Source: Candidatus Poribacteria bacterium
Lineage (GTDB): Bacteria > Poribacteria > WGA-4E > PCPOR2b
Assembly (NCBI GenBank): GCA_965218095.1
Contig: OZ244587.1
Span: forward strand, 5,056,001-5,120,000
Direction: 5' to 3'
DNA length: 64,000 nucleotides
The position numbers and the translations under genes are program-made. This document shows, piece after piece, positions 1-10,365 of the stretch. The notes under the pieces are model-generated. The model was not told where the DNA came from. It was given only the letters and a program-made list of their open reading frames with translations, and made no database searches. The stretch's first letter is position 1, and the number at the start of each line of letters is the position of its first letter.

Positions 1-2
1 TT

Positions 3-266
3 TTCGATCGGCGCCTCTGGCATTCTGCGAGTCCAAATCATTCAAACATCACACGAAAGGTGCTTTTCTACGGCTACAGTTACCGCTGGCTGCGACCGAG
101 AGACAACATGACCGTGGACCGCTATATAGAACGTTCCGATCCGATTCGACGGCAGTTACTGGGCGCCAGCACGGGGGGATTGGGCTATACATCCCCAAGC
201 GACGAAGATGTGCCCCTCCGAGATTGGATTAAGGCGCACCTCGGAGAGGAGGCGGTTGTGCCTTGA
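3..266 (+). CDS. Phytanoyl-CoA dioxygenase (PhyH) family protein, C-terminal part (runs off window start)
   Basis: Frame +3 reads FDRRLWHSASPNHSNITRKVLFYGYSYRW, the distal His and Arg motif of PhyH-type 2OG-Fe(II) dioxygenases. Confidence 0.75.
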   Translation, partial: FDRRLWHSASPNHSNITRKVLFYGYSYRWLRPRDNMTVDRYIERSDPIRRQLLGASTGGLGYTSPSDEDVPLRDWIKAHLGEEAVVP

Positions 267-361
267 GATTTCATCGGATAATTTAGTGTCGGCCATCTTC
301 TTGACTGTTACACCTCCCGTTAAAATTTTGCTAAATTTCGTGGAAGTATAGAGGAAATACC

Positions 362-2116
362 ATGTCGCTAGTCAGATTAGATCGTGTCACAAAATTGTAT
401 GAACCTGATCTCATTCTCGATGAGGTCTCTCTGTCGATTGAACATGGTGACCGTATTGGGTTGATCGGGGTGAACGGGTGTGGCAAAACGACGCTGGTTG
501 CGATTATCGCTGGCTTAATCAAGGATTTCAAAGGCAGCATTGTGTACGCCAGAAGATTACGAATTGGCTATCTTAGTCAAGAACCAGATTTAGGAGCCGA
601 TTGCACACTACGTCAGGAAATGCTCAAGGTTTTTCAAAATCGACGCAACCTTGAGGATGAGATGCTGCTTCTCAGTGAGAGAATGGAAACGGCAGCGGAT
701 AATCTGACGCTTCTGAATGCGTATGCTCGGCTGCAAGAGCGGTACGAGCAGATGGGCGGCTACGATTACGAGCATCAAATCAATCGAACACTGAGCGGAT
801 TAGGATTTCGCGATGTAGATTTTAATTTGAAGATTGGCGTGTTAAGCGGAGGCCAGAAAAGCCGTGCTGCGCTTGCAAAATTGTTGCTTGGGGATGCGGA
901 TCTGTTGCTGCTTGACGAACCCACCAACCATCTGGATATCAAAGCGATTGAGTGGTTGGAGAATTTTCTGAATACGGAGTATCAAGGGGCAGTTATCATC
1001 ATCTCCCACGACCGCTACTTTTTGGATCGCGTTATCCGGAAAATCGTGGAATTGCAGAATCACAGGCTCAAAGAATATCGTGGAAACTACACGAAGTATC
1101 TTGAAACCAAACAAATCGAGTTGCTGACACAGGAACGCGAATATAAAAAGCAGCAGCGGTTCATCGCACACGAGGAGGATTTTATCCGTCGCAACATTGC
1201 CGGACAACGCACACGAGAAGCACAAGGGCGACGGAAGTTGCTCGACCGGCTTGAACGAATCGAAAAACCTCAAACCGTTGAAAAAACAATCAAACTCCAC
1301 TTCACACCGGATGTGCGAGGCGGAAACGACATTTTGCAGTGCCAGAATTTGGAGAGGCGGTATGGCGATAAGCAGATCTTTGAAGGCTTGAATTTTGAGA
1401 TCTACCGTCAAGATATCGTCGGTATCATTGGGGCCAATGGGGTTGGCAAGACGACGTTGTTCCGAATGATTCTCGGAGATGAGCAGCCGACTTCCGGTGA
1501 GTTGAAAATTGGTCAGAATCTCCACTTTGGGTATTATGACCAGGAACTTGCTGGGCTTAACCGCGATAACACAATTATCGATGAAATTTGGAGGTTGCGC
1601 CCGCAACAGACACAGGGCGAGATTCGCAGTTTTCTCGGACGGTTCCTGTTTTCCGATGATAAGGTATTCAAAGTGATTGACGACCTCAGCGGTGGTGAAC
1701 AGAGCCGGGTTATGCTCGCCAAATTGCTCCTGGAAAATGCGAACGTTCTCCTGCTCGATGAGCCAACCAACCATCTGGACATTCCGTCGCGTGAAGTCTT
1801 TGAGGAGGCATTGGCAGAGTATCCGGCAACCATTATGATGATTTCCCACGATCGCTACCTTCTGAACAAGCTTGCTACCAAACTATTGGTCTTTGAGAAT
1901 CGCACGGCAAAACTATTCGTCGGAACTTATGCTGAATACGAAGCCCACGTTCAAGCACAAAAACGACGAGCGATGCAAGAAAAAGAGGCAGATGAGCAGG
2001 CGAAGAAGTTAGAGCGGCAAGAAAAGCAGAAGGGGGAAAGGTTGCGAGTTGCTTCGACTTCAAAGCAGTCGAAGAAAAAGCGGCGGATAAAGGCACAGCG
2101 GGTGGCTAATGTGTGA
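362..2116 (+). CDS. ABC-F family ATP-binding protein (ribosome-associated ATPase)
   Basis: Two ABC domains (GVNGCGKTT/LSGGQ/LLLDEPTNHLD and GANGVGKTT/LSGGE/LLLDEPTNHLD), helical linker, no TM segments; GAGG RBS. Confidence 0.93.
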   Translation: MSLVRLDRVTKLYEPDLILDEVSLSIEHGDRIGLIGVNGCGKTTLVAIIAGLIKDFKGSIVYARRLRIGYLSQEPDLGADCTLRQEMLKVFQNRRNLEDEMLLLSERMETAADNLTLLNAYARLQERYEQMGGYDYEHQINRTLSGLGFRDVDFNLKIGVLSGGQKSRAALAKLLLGDADLLLLDEPTNHLDIKAIEWLENFLNTEYQGAVIIISHDRYFLDRVIRKIVELQNHRLKEYRGNYTKYLETKQIELLTQEREYKKQQRFIAHEEDFIRRNIAGQRTREAQGRRKLLDRLERIEKPQTVEKTIKLHFTPDVRGGNDILQCQNLERRYGDKQIFEGLNFEIYRQDIVGIIGANGVGKTTLFRMILGDEQPTSGELKIGQNLHFGYYDQELAGLNRDNTIIDEIWRLRPQQTQGEIRSFLGRFLFSDDKVFKVIDDLSGGEQSRVMLAKLLLENANVLLLDEPTNHLDIPSREVFEEALAEYPATIMMISHDRYLLNKLATKLLVFENRTAKLFVGTYAEYEAHVQAQKRRAMQEKEADEQAKKLERQEKQKGERLRVASTSKQSKKKRRIKAQRVANV

Positions 2117-2137
2117 TTGGTATCAAAAAAATACGCG

Positions 2138-2383
2138 TCATCCGTACTTCTCCATACGATGTTCGTCAAGCCACTGTTGAACTTCTGCGTCGGACGGTAC
2201 TGACTGGCTTGCCGCCAGGAGGCCTAGAGCTTTTTCCAAGGTATTGCGTTTAGATTGGGAATTTTCCACTTCTGGTACAAGTGTTTTTAGGACATCTTGC
2301 ACGAGTGAAAAGTGGCTGGCAGGCGGCCAGTTGCGAACAATTTCGATAACCGCTTCGTAGCTAGTTGGTTCAGCGGTTTGCAT
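2138..2383 (-). CDS. Small hypothetical protein, putative antitoxin of a decayed PIN-type TA pair
   Basis: 81 aa MQTAEPTSYEAV...WLDEHRMEKYG with AAGGGGG RBS; its TGA overlaps an ATG starting a PIN-like MTRIF(F/L)DTN remnant. Confidence 0.55.
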   Translation of the reverse strand: MQTAEPTSYEAVIEIVRNWPPASHFSLVQDVLKTLVPEVENSQSKRNTLEKALGLLAASQSVPSDAEVQQWLDEHRMEKYG

Positions 2384-2506
2384 AGTTCTTTCCCCCTTCA
2401 GTTGGTTGGATATAAAAGTGACTACTACTATACCATTTTGACTCATGAATCATCAATATCAAGATCCAACTGGAAACCCTTCTAGAATAATAAGGAGATC
2501 GTAGCG

Positions 2507-3550
2507 TTGACATCAAAATTATCGTACAGAGATCTTCATAAAGAAGCCCTCGTCATTGACTCCCACAACGATGCAGTTGTCGGCCACATCCGTCGAGGGA
2601 ATATCAGTATTTCGGGTCGCGAGACGCCCGACCACATGCGACATGATGGGACGGTCGCTCAGTTGCGCGGGCAGTTGGACGCGGCGAGACGGGAGGTTAA
2701 AGTCCAGATTAATCTGCCGAAGATGCGTCAGGGCGGAGTTGACGCCGCGTTTTTCGCAGTTGATGTGACGAGCGCGTGGCAGAATCACCTTTCCTACGCT
2801 TTAGATGCCATCGGCTTTTTTGAGGCGGAAGTCGAGACGCATGCCGACGAAATCATCATTGCCAAAACGGCAGAGGATATTCAGCAGGCAAAAGCGGAAG
2901 GCAAACTTGCCGCGATCCTGGTCATCGAGAATAGCGATGGAGTGGAGCGAAGCCTGAATATTCTGCGGGCGCTTCACCATCTGGGTGTCCGATCCATTGG
3001 ACTGACCCACGACCCAACCTCATGGGCGGCGGCTGGCAACGCTGAGACAAATAGCGGCGGTGGGTTGACGCGATTTGGTGTGCAACTGCTTAAAGAGATG
3101 AATCGGCTGGGGATGCTTGTCGATGTCTCCCATATCAGTGAACGGGGATTTTGGGATGTGCTTGAAACTGCGGAACGCCCGGTCATCGCCTCTCACAGCA
3201 ACTGTAAGGCGCTCTGTGGTCATTCACGGAATCTGACCGACGAACAGATTAAAGGCGTTGCCGAAAACGGCGGCGTCATCGGTGCAACATTTGTACGCTG
3301 GTTCATTGACGAAAATGCGCCCACATTTTCCCGTTATCTGAATCATATCGATCATATCGTCGATCTGGTCGGCGATGATCATGTTGGCATCGGATCCGAT
3401 TTCGATGGCGGCGGCGACATACTCAAGGATGCGACGGAATTTCCTAAGATTACTGAGGGGCTGTTGGAGCGGGGCTATTCGGCGGAGGCAGTCAGGAAGA
3501 TTCTTGGGGAGAATCATCTGCGTGTGTTTGCGAAGGCTTGTCAAGGATGA
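2507..3550 (+). CDS. Membrane dipeptidase (peptidase M19) family
   Basis: IDSHND, LVDVSHIS, IASHSN and HVGIGSDFDGG motifs; AAGGAG RBS. Confidence 0.92.
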   Translation: MTSKLSYRDLHKEALVIDSHNDAVVGHIRRGNISISGRETPDHMRHDGTVAQLRGQLDAARREVKVQINLPKMRQGGVDAAFFAVDVTSAWQNHLSYALDAIGFFEAEVETHADEIIIAKTAEDIQQAKAEGKLAAILVIENSDGVERSLNILRALHHLGVRSIGLTHDPTSWAAAGNAETNSGGGLTRFGVQLLKEMNRLGMLVDVSHISERGFWDVLETAERPVIASHSNCKALCGHSRNLTDEQIKGVAENGGVIGATFVRWFIDENAPTFSRYLNHIDHIVDLVGDDHVGIGSDFDGGGDILKDATEFPKITEGLLERGYSAEAVRKILGENHLRVFAKACQG

Positions 3551-3609
3551 GTGACGCTCATTTTCTTCACCGCCTCCTTGGTTCTTGCATGACCGAACAT
3601 GTTCTCTGA

Positions 3610-4422
3610 TCATACGGATTGCCCGATAAAGGTCACCGTGCAATATCCTCCAACTCCCCACGACTCCCCACGCAACAGCAAATGATCTGTCATCGTCTCC
3701 CCCTTCCCGTTGCGTGTACCGGTTGGCATATAGTGAATGACCATCGCCCGGCGCTCATGGTCTGACCGATTCGGATTCGTCTGATGTAGCATCAGGCAGT
3801 GATGCACCATCGCATGCCCCGCCTTGACTGGAACAGGCGCCGCACGGACTTCATCCACTTTTGCTCTCAGCAGCGCGGGGAGTTTCCCCTTTTCTGACGT
3901 GGCACGGTCGTGATCTGCGGCGTTTTCCAAATGGCTACCGGGGATAACGTTCATGCAGCTGTTCTCTTCATCGGCGTCGTCGAGCGCCATCCAGATACTC
4001 ACCAGGTGGGGCGGCGTACAACGCTAGTATCCGTTGTCCTGATGCCACGGCACTTCGCCGCCGTGACGGGCCGGCTTATAAAGGGCTTGATCGTGGAACA
4101 ACTGGATGTTAGGACCAATCAAGCTCTCGGCGATGTCCAACAACGGCTCGTGATAGAGCAGCTTGCGGTACACCTCATCGTAGTGCCACATTTCCATAAT
4201 CTGCAACATCTCCTCTGAGCGGTCTACGGTTTCGTCCTGCTCTGACTCACCGACGACAGCGAGGTTGCGCAGCCCCTCACCGCTTGTGTCGCATTTTTGT
4301 GCAAACAGCGCGTCGTAACGCTCGCGCAGCAAGGCGAGGTGGTCATCTGCGATGATGCGATGTGGAATTTTGAGATACCCTCTCCGTTGAAACTGTTCGA
4401 CTTGTTGTGGCGTGAGTTTCAT
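3610..4422 (-). pseudogene. PhyH family dioxygenase with in-frame TAG at 4024-4026
   Basis: ORFs 4024-4422 and 3610-4002 share one frame: WHQDNGY*RCTPPHLVSIWMALDD...VIPGSH...LHQT..N.S..ERR; stop sits where Trp is typical. Confidence 0.85.
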
Positions 4423-4444
4423 AGAATCCCCCTTCTAAATAGAT

Positions 4445-5549
4445 GAGGGGTGCTCATAAGTAGACTTGAGTCAGGATAACGGTTATAATCTAATCTAACG
4501 TGCAAGAAAGAGAGGATTATAACATGGGTTATCCTGACAGTACGTATTATATCACATTTTTGTTTGAACAACTTGACCATTTCAACGCTTCCAGCCATGC
4601 ACCGCCACCTGAGAGCCATGGACGTCCGAAATCGTATACAGACGACTGCTTGATTGTCCTTTTTGCCATCTTAACGCTCAAAGGCCTCCATCGCTTTAAG
4701 GCACAACACAGATGGCTCAAGCTACACCCGCAGTGGCTGTGTCGTCTTAAACTGGCATGTGTTCCGTCTCGGGCAACCCTTTGCCGACGCTACAAACAAC
4801 TCGCTTACCAGCTAGAGGCGTTCATCGGGTATCTCGGTGATGTGGGAATGACTTTGATACCTGACTCACCTCCAGAGGTGGTTTACCAAGACAAAAGTCT
4901 GTTTAAGGCAAAAGGAAGCGTCTGGCATCAGAAGGATAGAAATGCCAATCGCATCCCAACTGGCATCCGTGCCATTGACACAGACGCCAGTTGGTCAAAG
5001 AGTCACTATCACGGTTGGGTTTACGGCTATGGGCTTCATCTGACCGTCTCTATAGAGGGATTGCCTCGTATGAGTGCCATTGACACCGCGTGTGTGAGTG
5101 AAAAAGCCGTCCTTGACCGACAACTCGACACACTGCTTGAACAGAACATCGGGTATTTAGTCGCTGATGCCGGCTATACCGACTTGAAACGTACCCAACA
5201 CTTGGCGAACCAGGGACTGTTGCTAATCACTCCCGTCAGAGGCGCAAAGAGTCAGCGGGCACGGCGTTATGTTGAAGCGGTGAATCAATCGGCGCAGTTG
5301 CAGACCTATCAACACAAGCGCAAGGTTGCTATTGAACCTATCTTTGGATTGTTGAGCCAATTACTATCGACCCATACCAATCATAAGCAATTGCCGGTGA
5401 GTCGAAAAGCGAATGTCTCTACCTTTTTGATGCTGGGGGTGGTTTTACTGCAACTGGCTATGTTAGTCAATTCTATTTGGGGAAGACCCCTGAGAAATGT
5501 AACACATCTGATTACACTCTTTCGATAAGGGGACTTATGAGCACCCCTC
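4445..5549 (+). mobile_element. Insertion sequence 'IS-A' copy 1 (1105 bp), DDE transposase
   Basis: Terminal inverted repeats GAGGGGTGCTCATAAGT / ACTTATGAGCACCCCTC; flanks AAATAGAT / AAATATAT; second copy at 16854-17958. Confidence 0.93.
4500..5528 (+). CDS. DDE transposase (DDE_Tnp_1-like; IS982/IS5/ISNCY-like, family uncertain)
   Basis: D(KS)...DTDASWSKS..HGWVYGYGLH...ADAGY...RKVAIEPIFG catalytic triad; start may be ATG 4524. Confidence 0.88.
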   Translation: MQEREDYNMGYPDSTYYITFLFEQLDHFNASSHAPPPESHGRPKSYTDDCLIVLFAILTLKGLHRFKAQHRWLKLHPQWLCRLKLACVPSRATLCRRYKQLAYQLEAFIGYLGDVGMTLIPDSPPEVVYQDKSLFKAKGSVWHQKDRNANRIPTGIRAIDTDASWSKSHYHGWVYGYGLHLTVSIEGLPRMSAIDTACVSEKAVLDRQLDTLLEQNIGYLVADAGYTDLKRTQHLANQGLLLITPVRGAKSQRARRYVEAVNQSAQLQTYQHKRKVAIEPIFGLLSQLLSTHTNHKQLPVSRKANVSTFLMLGVVLLQLAMLVNSIWGRPLRNVTHLITLFR

Positions 5550-5557
5550 AAATATAT

Positions 5558-6666
5558 GAGGGGTGTGCATAGTAGTTCATTGGAAAACAGCCGCCATATG
5601 AGAGATATTGCGAGCAGGTAACTTCCATATGGCATTGGCAATCATAGCCACTTGCACTGATAACACCCCGATAGCTAAACAACAGCGTACATTGAAAAAC
5701 CCCTTGACCGGTAACTGCTTCTGTTGAGGAGTGGTGCCTATCACTTTAGCAATCAAGTCAAACAACGGTTCAACCGAACTGCGACGTTTGCTTAAACAGA
5801 GACGCTGCTTGGGTTGGTTGATAAATCGATGATACGCCTTGGCAAACCGTCCCTTTGTCCATCTAAGTGCCGGGGTAATCAAAGCGACTTGTGCCTTCGC
5901 CCAACGACGGATACGGTCTGCTTGGGTATAGGCATCATCGGCAGTGAGTGTCTGCGGTGAAAGTTGTGTCAGAATCTCAGACGCTTTAGCATCTATCGCC
6001 CAACTTTCGGAGACCGACGCACGGTGCACAGTTATCAGTGTTGGGAACGCACCTTGTGTGCAGATAATGTGAAGTCCGTAGCCATAGACCCAGCCATGAT
6101 AACCACTCTTGCTCCACGTGGCATCGGTGTCGAGGTTGCGTAGATGTTTAGGTACTTTTCCTGCTTTGCGGTCAGTTTGATGCCAGACGGGTCCTCGTGC
6201 CTTAAATAAACTTTTGTCGGCTACCAGATGAGCCAAGTTGAATTGTTGGGACAAGTCAGTGGCATACTGACCGATAAACAATACAAATGCCTCTATCACT
6301 TCATATAATGCCTTATAGCGACGTGCAATCGTGGTTCGATGAGGGGGCTGTTGCCACCCCAGCATTTGTAACACTTCTGGGTGATTGATTAGCCACCGCC
6401 ATTGCGTTTTGAAGCCATAGATGCCGTGAAACTGCATCAACATGAAGAAAATGATAAACGAGGTGGTTGAATATGTCAATGGTTTTGCGTGTGTGACACC
6501 TGGTTTGTCAATACGGTGTTGCATAAACTGCTCAAAGAGTTGCATAATAAGAGTGACATAATCAGCCAACATTGGTCTTTGTACCATATTGGGGCTCCTT
6601 TTGCTATGATAACAATAGGAAACCCTTTTGGCTTGATTATGTCAACTATATTTATGCACACCCCTC
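5558..6666 (-). mobile_element. Insertion sequence 'IS-B' (1109 bp), relative of IS-A
   Basis: Inverted repeats GAGGGGTGTGCATA / TATGCACACCCCTC; right flank AAATAGAT. Confidence 0.9.
5577..6587 (-). CDS. DDE transposase, paralog of 4500-5528
   Basis: ADKSLFKARG.VWHQ.DR...DTDATWSKSGYHGWVYGYGLH...ADDAY...RSSVEPLF; GGAG RBS. Confidence 0.88.
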   Translation of the reverse strand: MVQRPMLADYVTLIMQLFEQFMQHRIDKPGVTHAKPLTYSTTSFIIFFMLMQFHGIYGFKTQWRWLINHPEVLQMLGWQQPPHRTTIARRYKALYEVIEAFVLFIGQYATDLSQQFNLAHLVADKSLFKARGPVWHQTDRKAGKVPKHLRNLDTDATWSKSGYHGWVYGYGLHIICTQGAFPTLITVHRASVSESWAIDAKASEILTQLSPQTLTADDAYTQADRIRRWAKAQVALITPALRWTKGRFAKAYHRFINQPKQRLCLSKRRSSVEPLFDLIAKVIGTTPQQKQLPVKGFFNVRCCLAIGVLSVQVAMIANAIWKLPARNISHMAAVFQ

Positions 6667-6674
6667 AAATAGAT

Positions 6675-6687
6675 TAGGACTTACGCA
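6675..6687. repeat. TAGGACTTACGCA IS-end-like dispersed motif
   Basis: Directly after the IS-B target duplication; related GACTTACGCA near 28767. Confidence 0.45.
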
Positions 6688-6728
6688 TTTGAGCGAAAAT
6701 ATAGCATGGAGGCCGCCAAATAAGCACA

Positions 6729-7715
6729 CTATCCCAACTCAACCGGCGCCCCAATCTCCGCGGACCTCTTCACCGCGCGGCAAATCGCCACCGCTTTCAT
6801 GCCGGCTTCACCGCTTGCGCGAGGTTCGCTTCCCGTCTGAATGCACTCGATGAAGTGCTCGATCTCCGCACGAAAAGAATCAAAGTTCGGGTAGCTTTCC
6901 TCTCGCACAGCCTCCGGATTATTTCGGAAAGCGTAACGCAACGTCTCCGCGCGGTCAAACCCACCTGTCACTTCAGCGACGCCGTTTTCGTTGGCGACGT
7001 AGAAATCCTCAAAACTGAACGCCCCCATCGAAACCATACCGGTGTTGGCAACCCCAATCGCACCGCTTTCAAATCGCAGGGTAAACATCACGCAGTCAAT
7101 CTGTGGCTTCCGATGCGGCGCAAAGAAGGTCCCACCTTCGGCGTAAACCCGCTCGACATCTCCCATCAGAAAGCCGAGAATGTCTGCGGCATGCACGGCG
7201 TTTTCGAGGATAGGCCCGCCGCCATCGTTTTCTGCCCAGAACCAATCTTTGTTCGACATCCCCGGATGCGGATACCGGTGAACCATGTACTGAATCGGGC
7301 CGAATTCGCCTTCCGTCAGTTCCTTCAAACGTAGGAGCGGCGGGATGAACCGTTTCTTGTGCCCGATCTGCAAAACAACACCGGACCCTTTGCACACATC
7401 GATCATCCCCTGACAGTTCGCAACCGTGCTCGCCATCGGCTTCTCACACAGTACGTGAATGCCACGCTCCGCCGCCATGCGTGTTAACGCCAGATGAACC
7501 TTCGGCGGCGTGCAGATGCTGATTGCCGCTAGGTCTTCTGTATCCAGCATCTCCTCTGTAGTGGTATACCCTTTGATGCCGTACTTTGACGCGAAATCGC
7601 CTGCAATTTGTGGGACGATGTCGCATACGCTGACCAACTCGGCGTCGGGGCTGGCAGCCCATCGCTCGACATGAGCCCGGCCAACGCCTGCCAGTCCAAT
7701 CACAGCAACTTGCAT
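6729..7715 (-). CDS. Gfo/Idh/MocA family oxidoreductase
   Basis: VAVIGLAGVG Rossmann motif, HVLCEKPMA, GGGPILENAVH. Confidence 0.92.
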   Translation of the reverse strand: MQVAVIGLAGVGRAHVERWAASPDAELVSVCDIVPQIAGDFASKYGIKGYTTTEEMLDTEDLAAISICTPPKVHLALTRMAAERGIHVLCEKPMASTVANCQGMIDVCKGSGVVLQIGHKKRFIPPLLRLKELTEGEFGPIQYMVHRYPHPGMSNKDWFWAENDGGGPILENAVHAADILGFLMGDVERVYAEGGTFFAPHRKPQIDCVMFTLRFESGAIGVANTGMVSMGAFSFEDFYVANENGVAEVTGGFDRAETLRYAFRNNPEAVREESYPNFDSFRAEIEHFIECIQTGSEPRASGEAGMKAVAICRAVKRSAEIGAPVELG

Positions 7716-7905
7716 ACAGTTCTCCTTTTAAGGGCGAAGTAGGGCCCCGACAGAGCTGTGCTCGTTTTGTAGTTTAGCAAAGGGCGTTTTTAGAGTCAAG
7801 GCAAATGGGAGGCCGTAAAAAAGATAAAACTTGACAAAGAACGATGAATCCCATAAACTAAACCCAATAGCGATTTTGAATTATTAGTCGTAGGAGGCGT
7901 CTACA

Positions 7906-8139
7906 TTGATCTGTCCCCAATGCGGTGCTAAGGTACAAATGCTCAAAAGCGAATCTGCATTCTGTCTCAATTGTGATTGGGATAACCTAGAGCAGATTCC
8001 CCAATCCGGACAACGCAAAGATTGCAGGCATTTGTGGGTTTTACGGGTAAACGAAGTCGATGGCACATCACAATGGTGGTGTGTACACTGCTTTGAACGT
8101 CGTGATTTTCAAATGGCATTGATGTATCTGCGACCATGA
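7906..8139 (+). CDS. Small Cys-rich (zinc-ribbon-like) hypothetical protein
   Basis: GGAGG RBS, TTG start; CPQC, CLNC, CRH and CVHC motifs. Confidence 0.55.
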   Translation: MICPQCGAKVQMLKSESAFCLNCDWDNLEQIPQSGQRKDCRHLWVLRVNEVDGTSQWWCVHCFERRDFQMALMYLRP

Positions 8140-8281
8140 AATCAGCTAGTGAATAGGCTAGGTACTAAGAGTTCATCAGTTCAAGAGTTCAGGAGTGCAA
8201 TGAACCAATGAACGTTTGAACTCGCGTTTTACGCCTTACGCTTGCAAGGAAAATCGGCAAACTATTGAGGAGGCCTCTGAG

Positions 8282-9004
8282 ATGCGTTTTTCACTAAAAG
8301 ATAAGGTTGCTATCGTCGTCGGGAGCAGCAGCGGTATGGGAAAGGCAACAGCCATCACGTTTGCTAAAGCGGGGGCAAAAGTTGTTCTGGCTGCACGTAG
8401 CGCGGATAAACTGGAGGCGTTGGCGGCCGAGATTGGCGAAAATGCGCTCGCCTGCCTGACTGATGTCCAGGACGCGACTGCGGTGGATGCAATGATCGCA
8501 AGGACATTAGATCACTTCGGACGGATCGATATTCTCGTTTACGTCACCGGCACAAATATCCCCGAGCGAAACCTCAAAGTCTTGTCCAACAAGACGTGGA
8601 ATATGATGATCCAAACGAATCTGACGGGCGCGTTTTACTGCACGAAAGCGGTTCTGCCGACGATGCGCGGTCAGAAAAGTGGGTTAATCATCTACGTCTC
8701 AAGCGCCGCGGTGCAGTTGCCCGATACCTCCGGCGTTTCCTATCAGGCAAGCAAACACGGGATGGTTGGGCTTGCTCATGGCACGTTCAAGGAAGAAAAA
8801 GAGAACGGCATCCGCACCTCGATGATTTTCCCCGGTTTGACGGATACGCCACTTGTTCTAAAACGCCCCGTGCCGACGCCGCCTGAAGTTATAGCAAAAG
8901 CCCTGCAACCACAGGATGCCGCCGATGCATGCCTGTTTGTTGCCTTGCTACCGCTACGAGCGTACGTGCCGGAGTTGGTGCTGCTGCCTGCTGGTTTGGC
9001 GTAG
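8282..9004 (+). CDS. SDR family oxidoreductase
   Basis: GSSSGMG, FGRIDIL, catalytic YQASK; GAGGAGG RBS before ATG 8282. Confidence 0.9.
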   Translation: MRFSLKDKVAIVVGSSSGMGKATAITFAKAGAKVVLAARSADKLEALAAEIGENALACLTDVQDATAVDAMIARTLDHFGRIDILVYVTGTNIPERNLKVLSNKTWNMMIQTNLTGAFYCTKAVLPTMRGQKSGLIIYVSSAAVQLPDTSGVSYQASKHGMVGLAHGTFKEEKENGIRTSMIFPGLTDTPLVLKRPVPTPPEVIAKALQPQDAADACLFVALLPLRAYVPELVLLPAGLA

Positions 9005-9081
9005 CAGTTCATATTTCACTAGCTCTATAGATTGCAGCCTCACATAAACTCAAGATCTCTCAACACAACGGGTGGAGCGTA

Positions 9082-9399
9082 ATGATCTACGAATACAGTG
9101 GTTACCTTTGTTTCAGACCATCACCCGATCAAAAGTTGCGAAAGGCTGAGGAACTTGCAGGTAAATTTGGATTAGAGATTGATCCCGGGGCCAACTACAT
9201 CGAATTTGAATATTCTGGGAGAGATAGGAATCGTAAAATTGTACAACTCCTTTTCCAGATGGCTGAGATCATCGGTGACGCCGAAAGAGAAATTGTTTGC
9301 ACTATAGATAGGGAAGGCGCCGATCCCGTCTTCGAGTTCTACTCGATAAGGCATGGCAAGTTGCATCGACAAAAGGGGCGAATATTTAGAGGGTATTGA
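9082..9399 (+). CDS. Hypothetical protein
   Basis: 105-aa ORF with GGAG RBS; no recognised motif. Confidence 0.6.
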   Translation: MIYEYSGYLCFRPSPDQKLRKAEELAGKFGLEIDPGANYIEFEYSGRDRNRKIVQLLFQMAEIIGDAEREIVCTIDREGADPVFEFYSIRHGKLHRQKGRIFRGY

Positions 9400-9495
9400 A
9401 GAAACAGCCAATCTGAAGTCTGATTAATCTTCTTGTCAAGCGTTAACGGCAATCGGTAGAAATCTAATCAGCTAAGCACTGCCACGCGGAACCCA

Positions 9496-10341
9496 TCATT
9501 TTTGCGCTTGAGCCAGCTCTGGCGGCAGGCCCTCCACACCCTGGTGTTGGTGCCCAGCAGACGTTGGCCATGCCTGGCCACCCTTAAATTCAAAATCGCC
9601 AAGGCCACACAACTAGTCAAACAACCGTGCCGGGTCAAGGGCATTCCAATGGTTCTCGTGCACCGAATCGCTGTTGTGGAATTCCACCTGTGTAAAGTCG
9701 AAATCCGGATCAACAATCCAGTCGCGCTTCGGCGAGACCGTCCGACGGTAGTTGTACTTGAGCAAGTTCCGGATGCCACTGCTAGTGGCAGTAGTAGCGC
9801 GGTGCAAAATCGAGTAGTGGGTGATGAAGATTGACCCTGCTGGCGCGGTGGTCAGCACTCCCCGGCGGATGTTTCCGTAGTGCTTCATGAAACGGCGCGC
9901 CCCGCGGAGAAAGTGCGTACCGGGCACCAACCCCGTCGGCCCTATTTCTTTGGGTGTGTCCTGCGGGTAATAGAACACCTGCAAATAGTTGAGATCCCGC
10001 GAAAACATCCCCCCGCCATCGCGGTGCCAACTGCAGGTTACAGTCATCGGACACTCTTTACGATGGTTGCTCATCAGCATCGACAGCTTGAAGTCTTTAC
10101 CCAGAAGTGATCGCACCGCGCCCGCTGCCTGCGGATTCTTGATGACCCCCTCAACAAACCAGTCTTCGGCCAGGATTTCGACCGGTTCCACAGTGGGGTG
10201 CTCATCAAGGAAACTGAGCGTGCGGCGGTTGACTTCGTCTGGTACCACGGCTTCGAGTATCAAGAACCCCTTCTGGCAAAATTCGATTACTTGCAAATCC
10301 GTCAGTGTCGGTTCACAATCGTACGTTTTGTTGATCATCAC
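9496..10341 (-). pseudogene. PhyH family protein with in-frame TAG at 9613-9615
   Basis: WHRD, GLVPGTH, ILHRA motifs; frame continues ARLFD*LCGLGDFEFKGGQAWP... to TGA at 9496-9498. Confidence 0.75.
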
Positions 10342-10365
10342 TAAGTTCCTTTCCTGAATGTGGGT

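Noticed and set aside
842-1849. Long antisense ORFs (also 51912-52823, 57324-58175 and many shorter ones)
   Set aside because: Shadow frames of well-supported genes on the opposite strand, with no motifs or RBS
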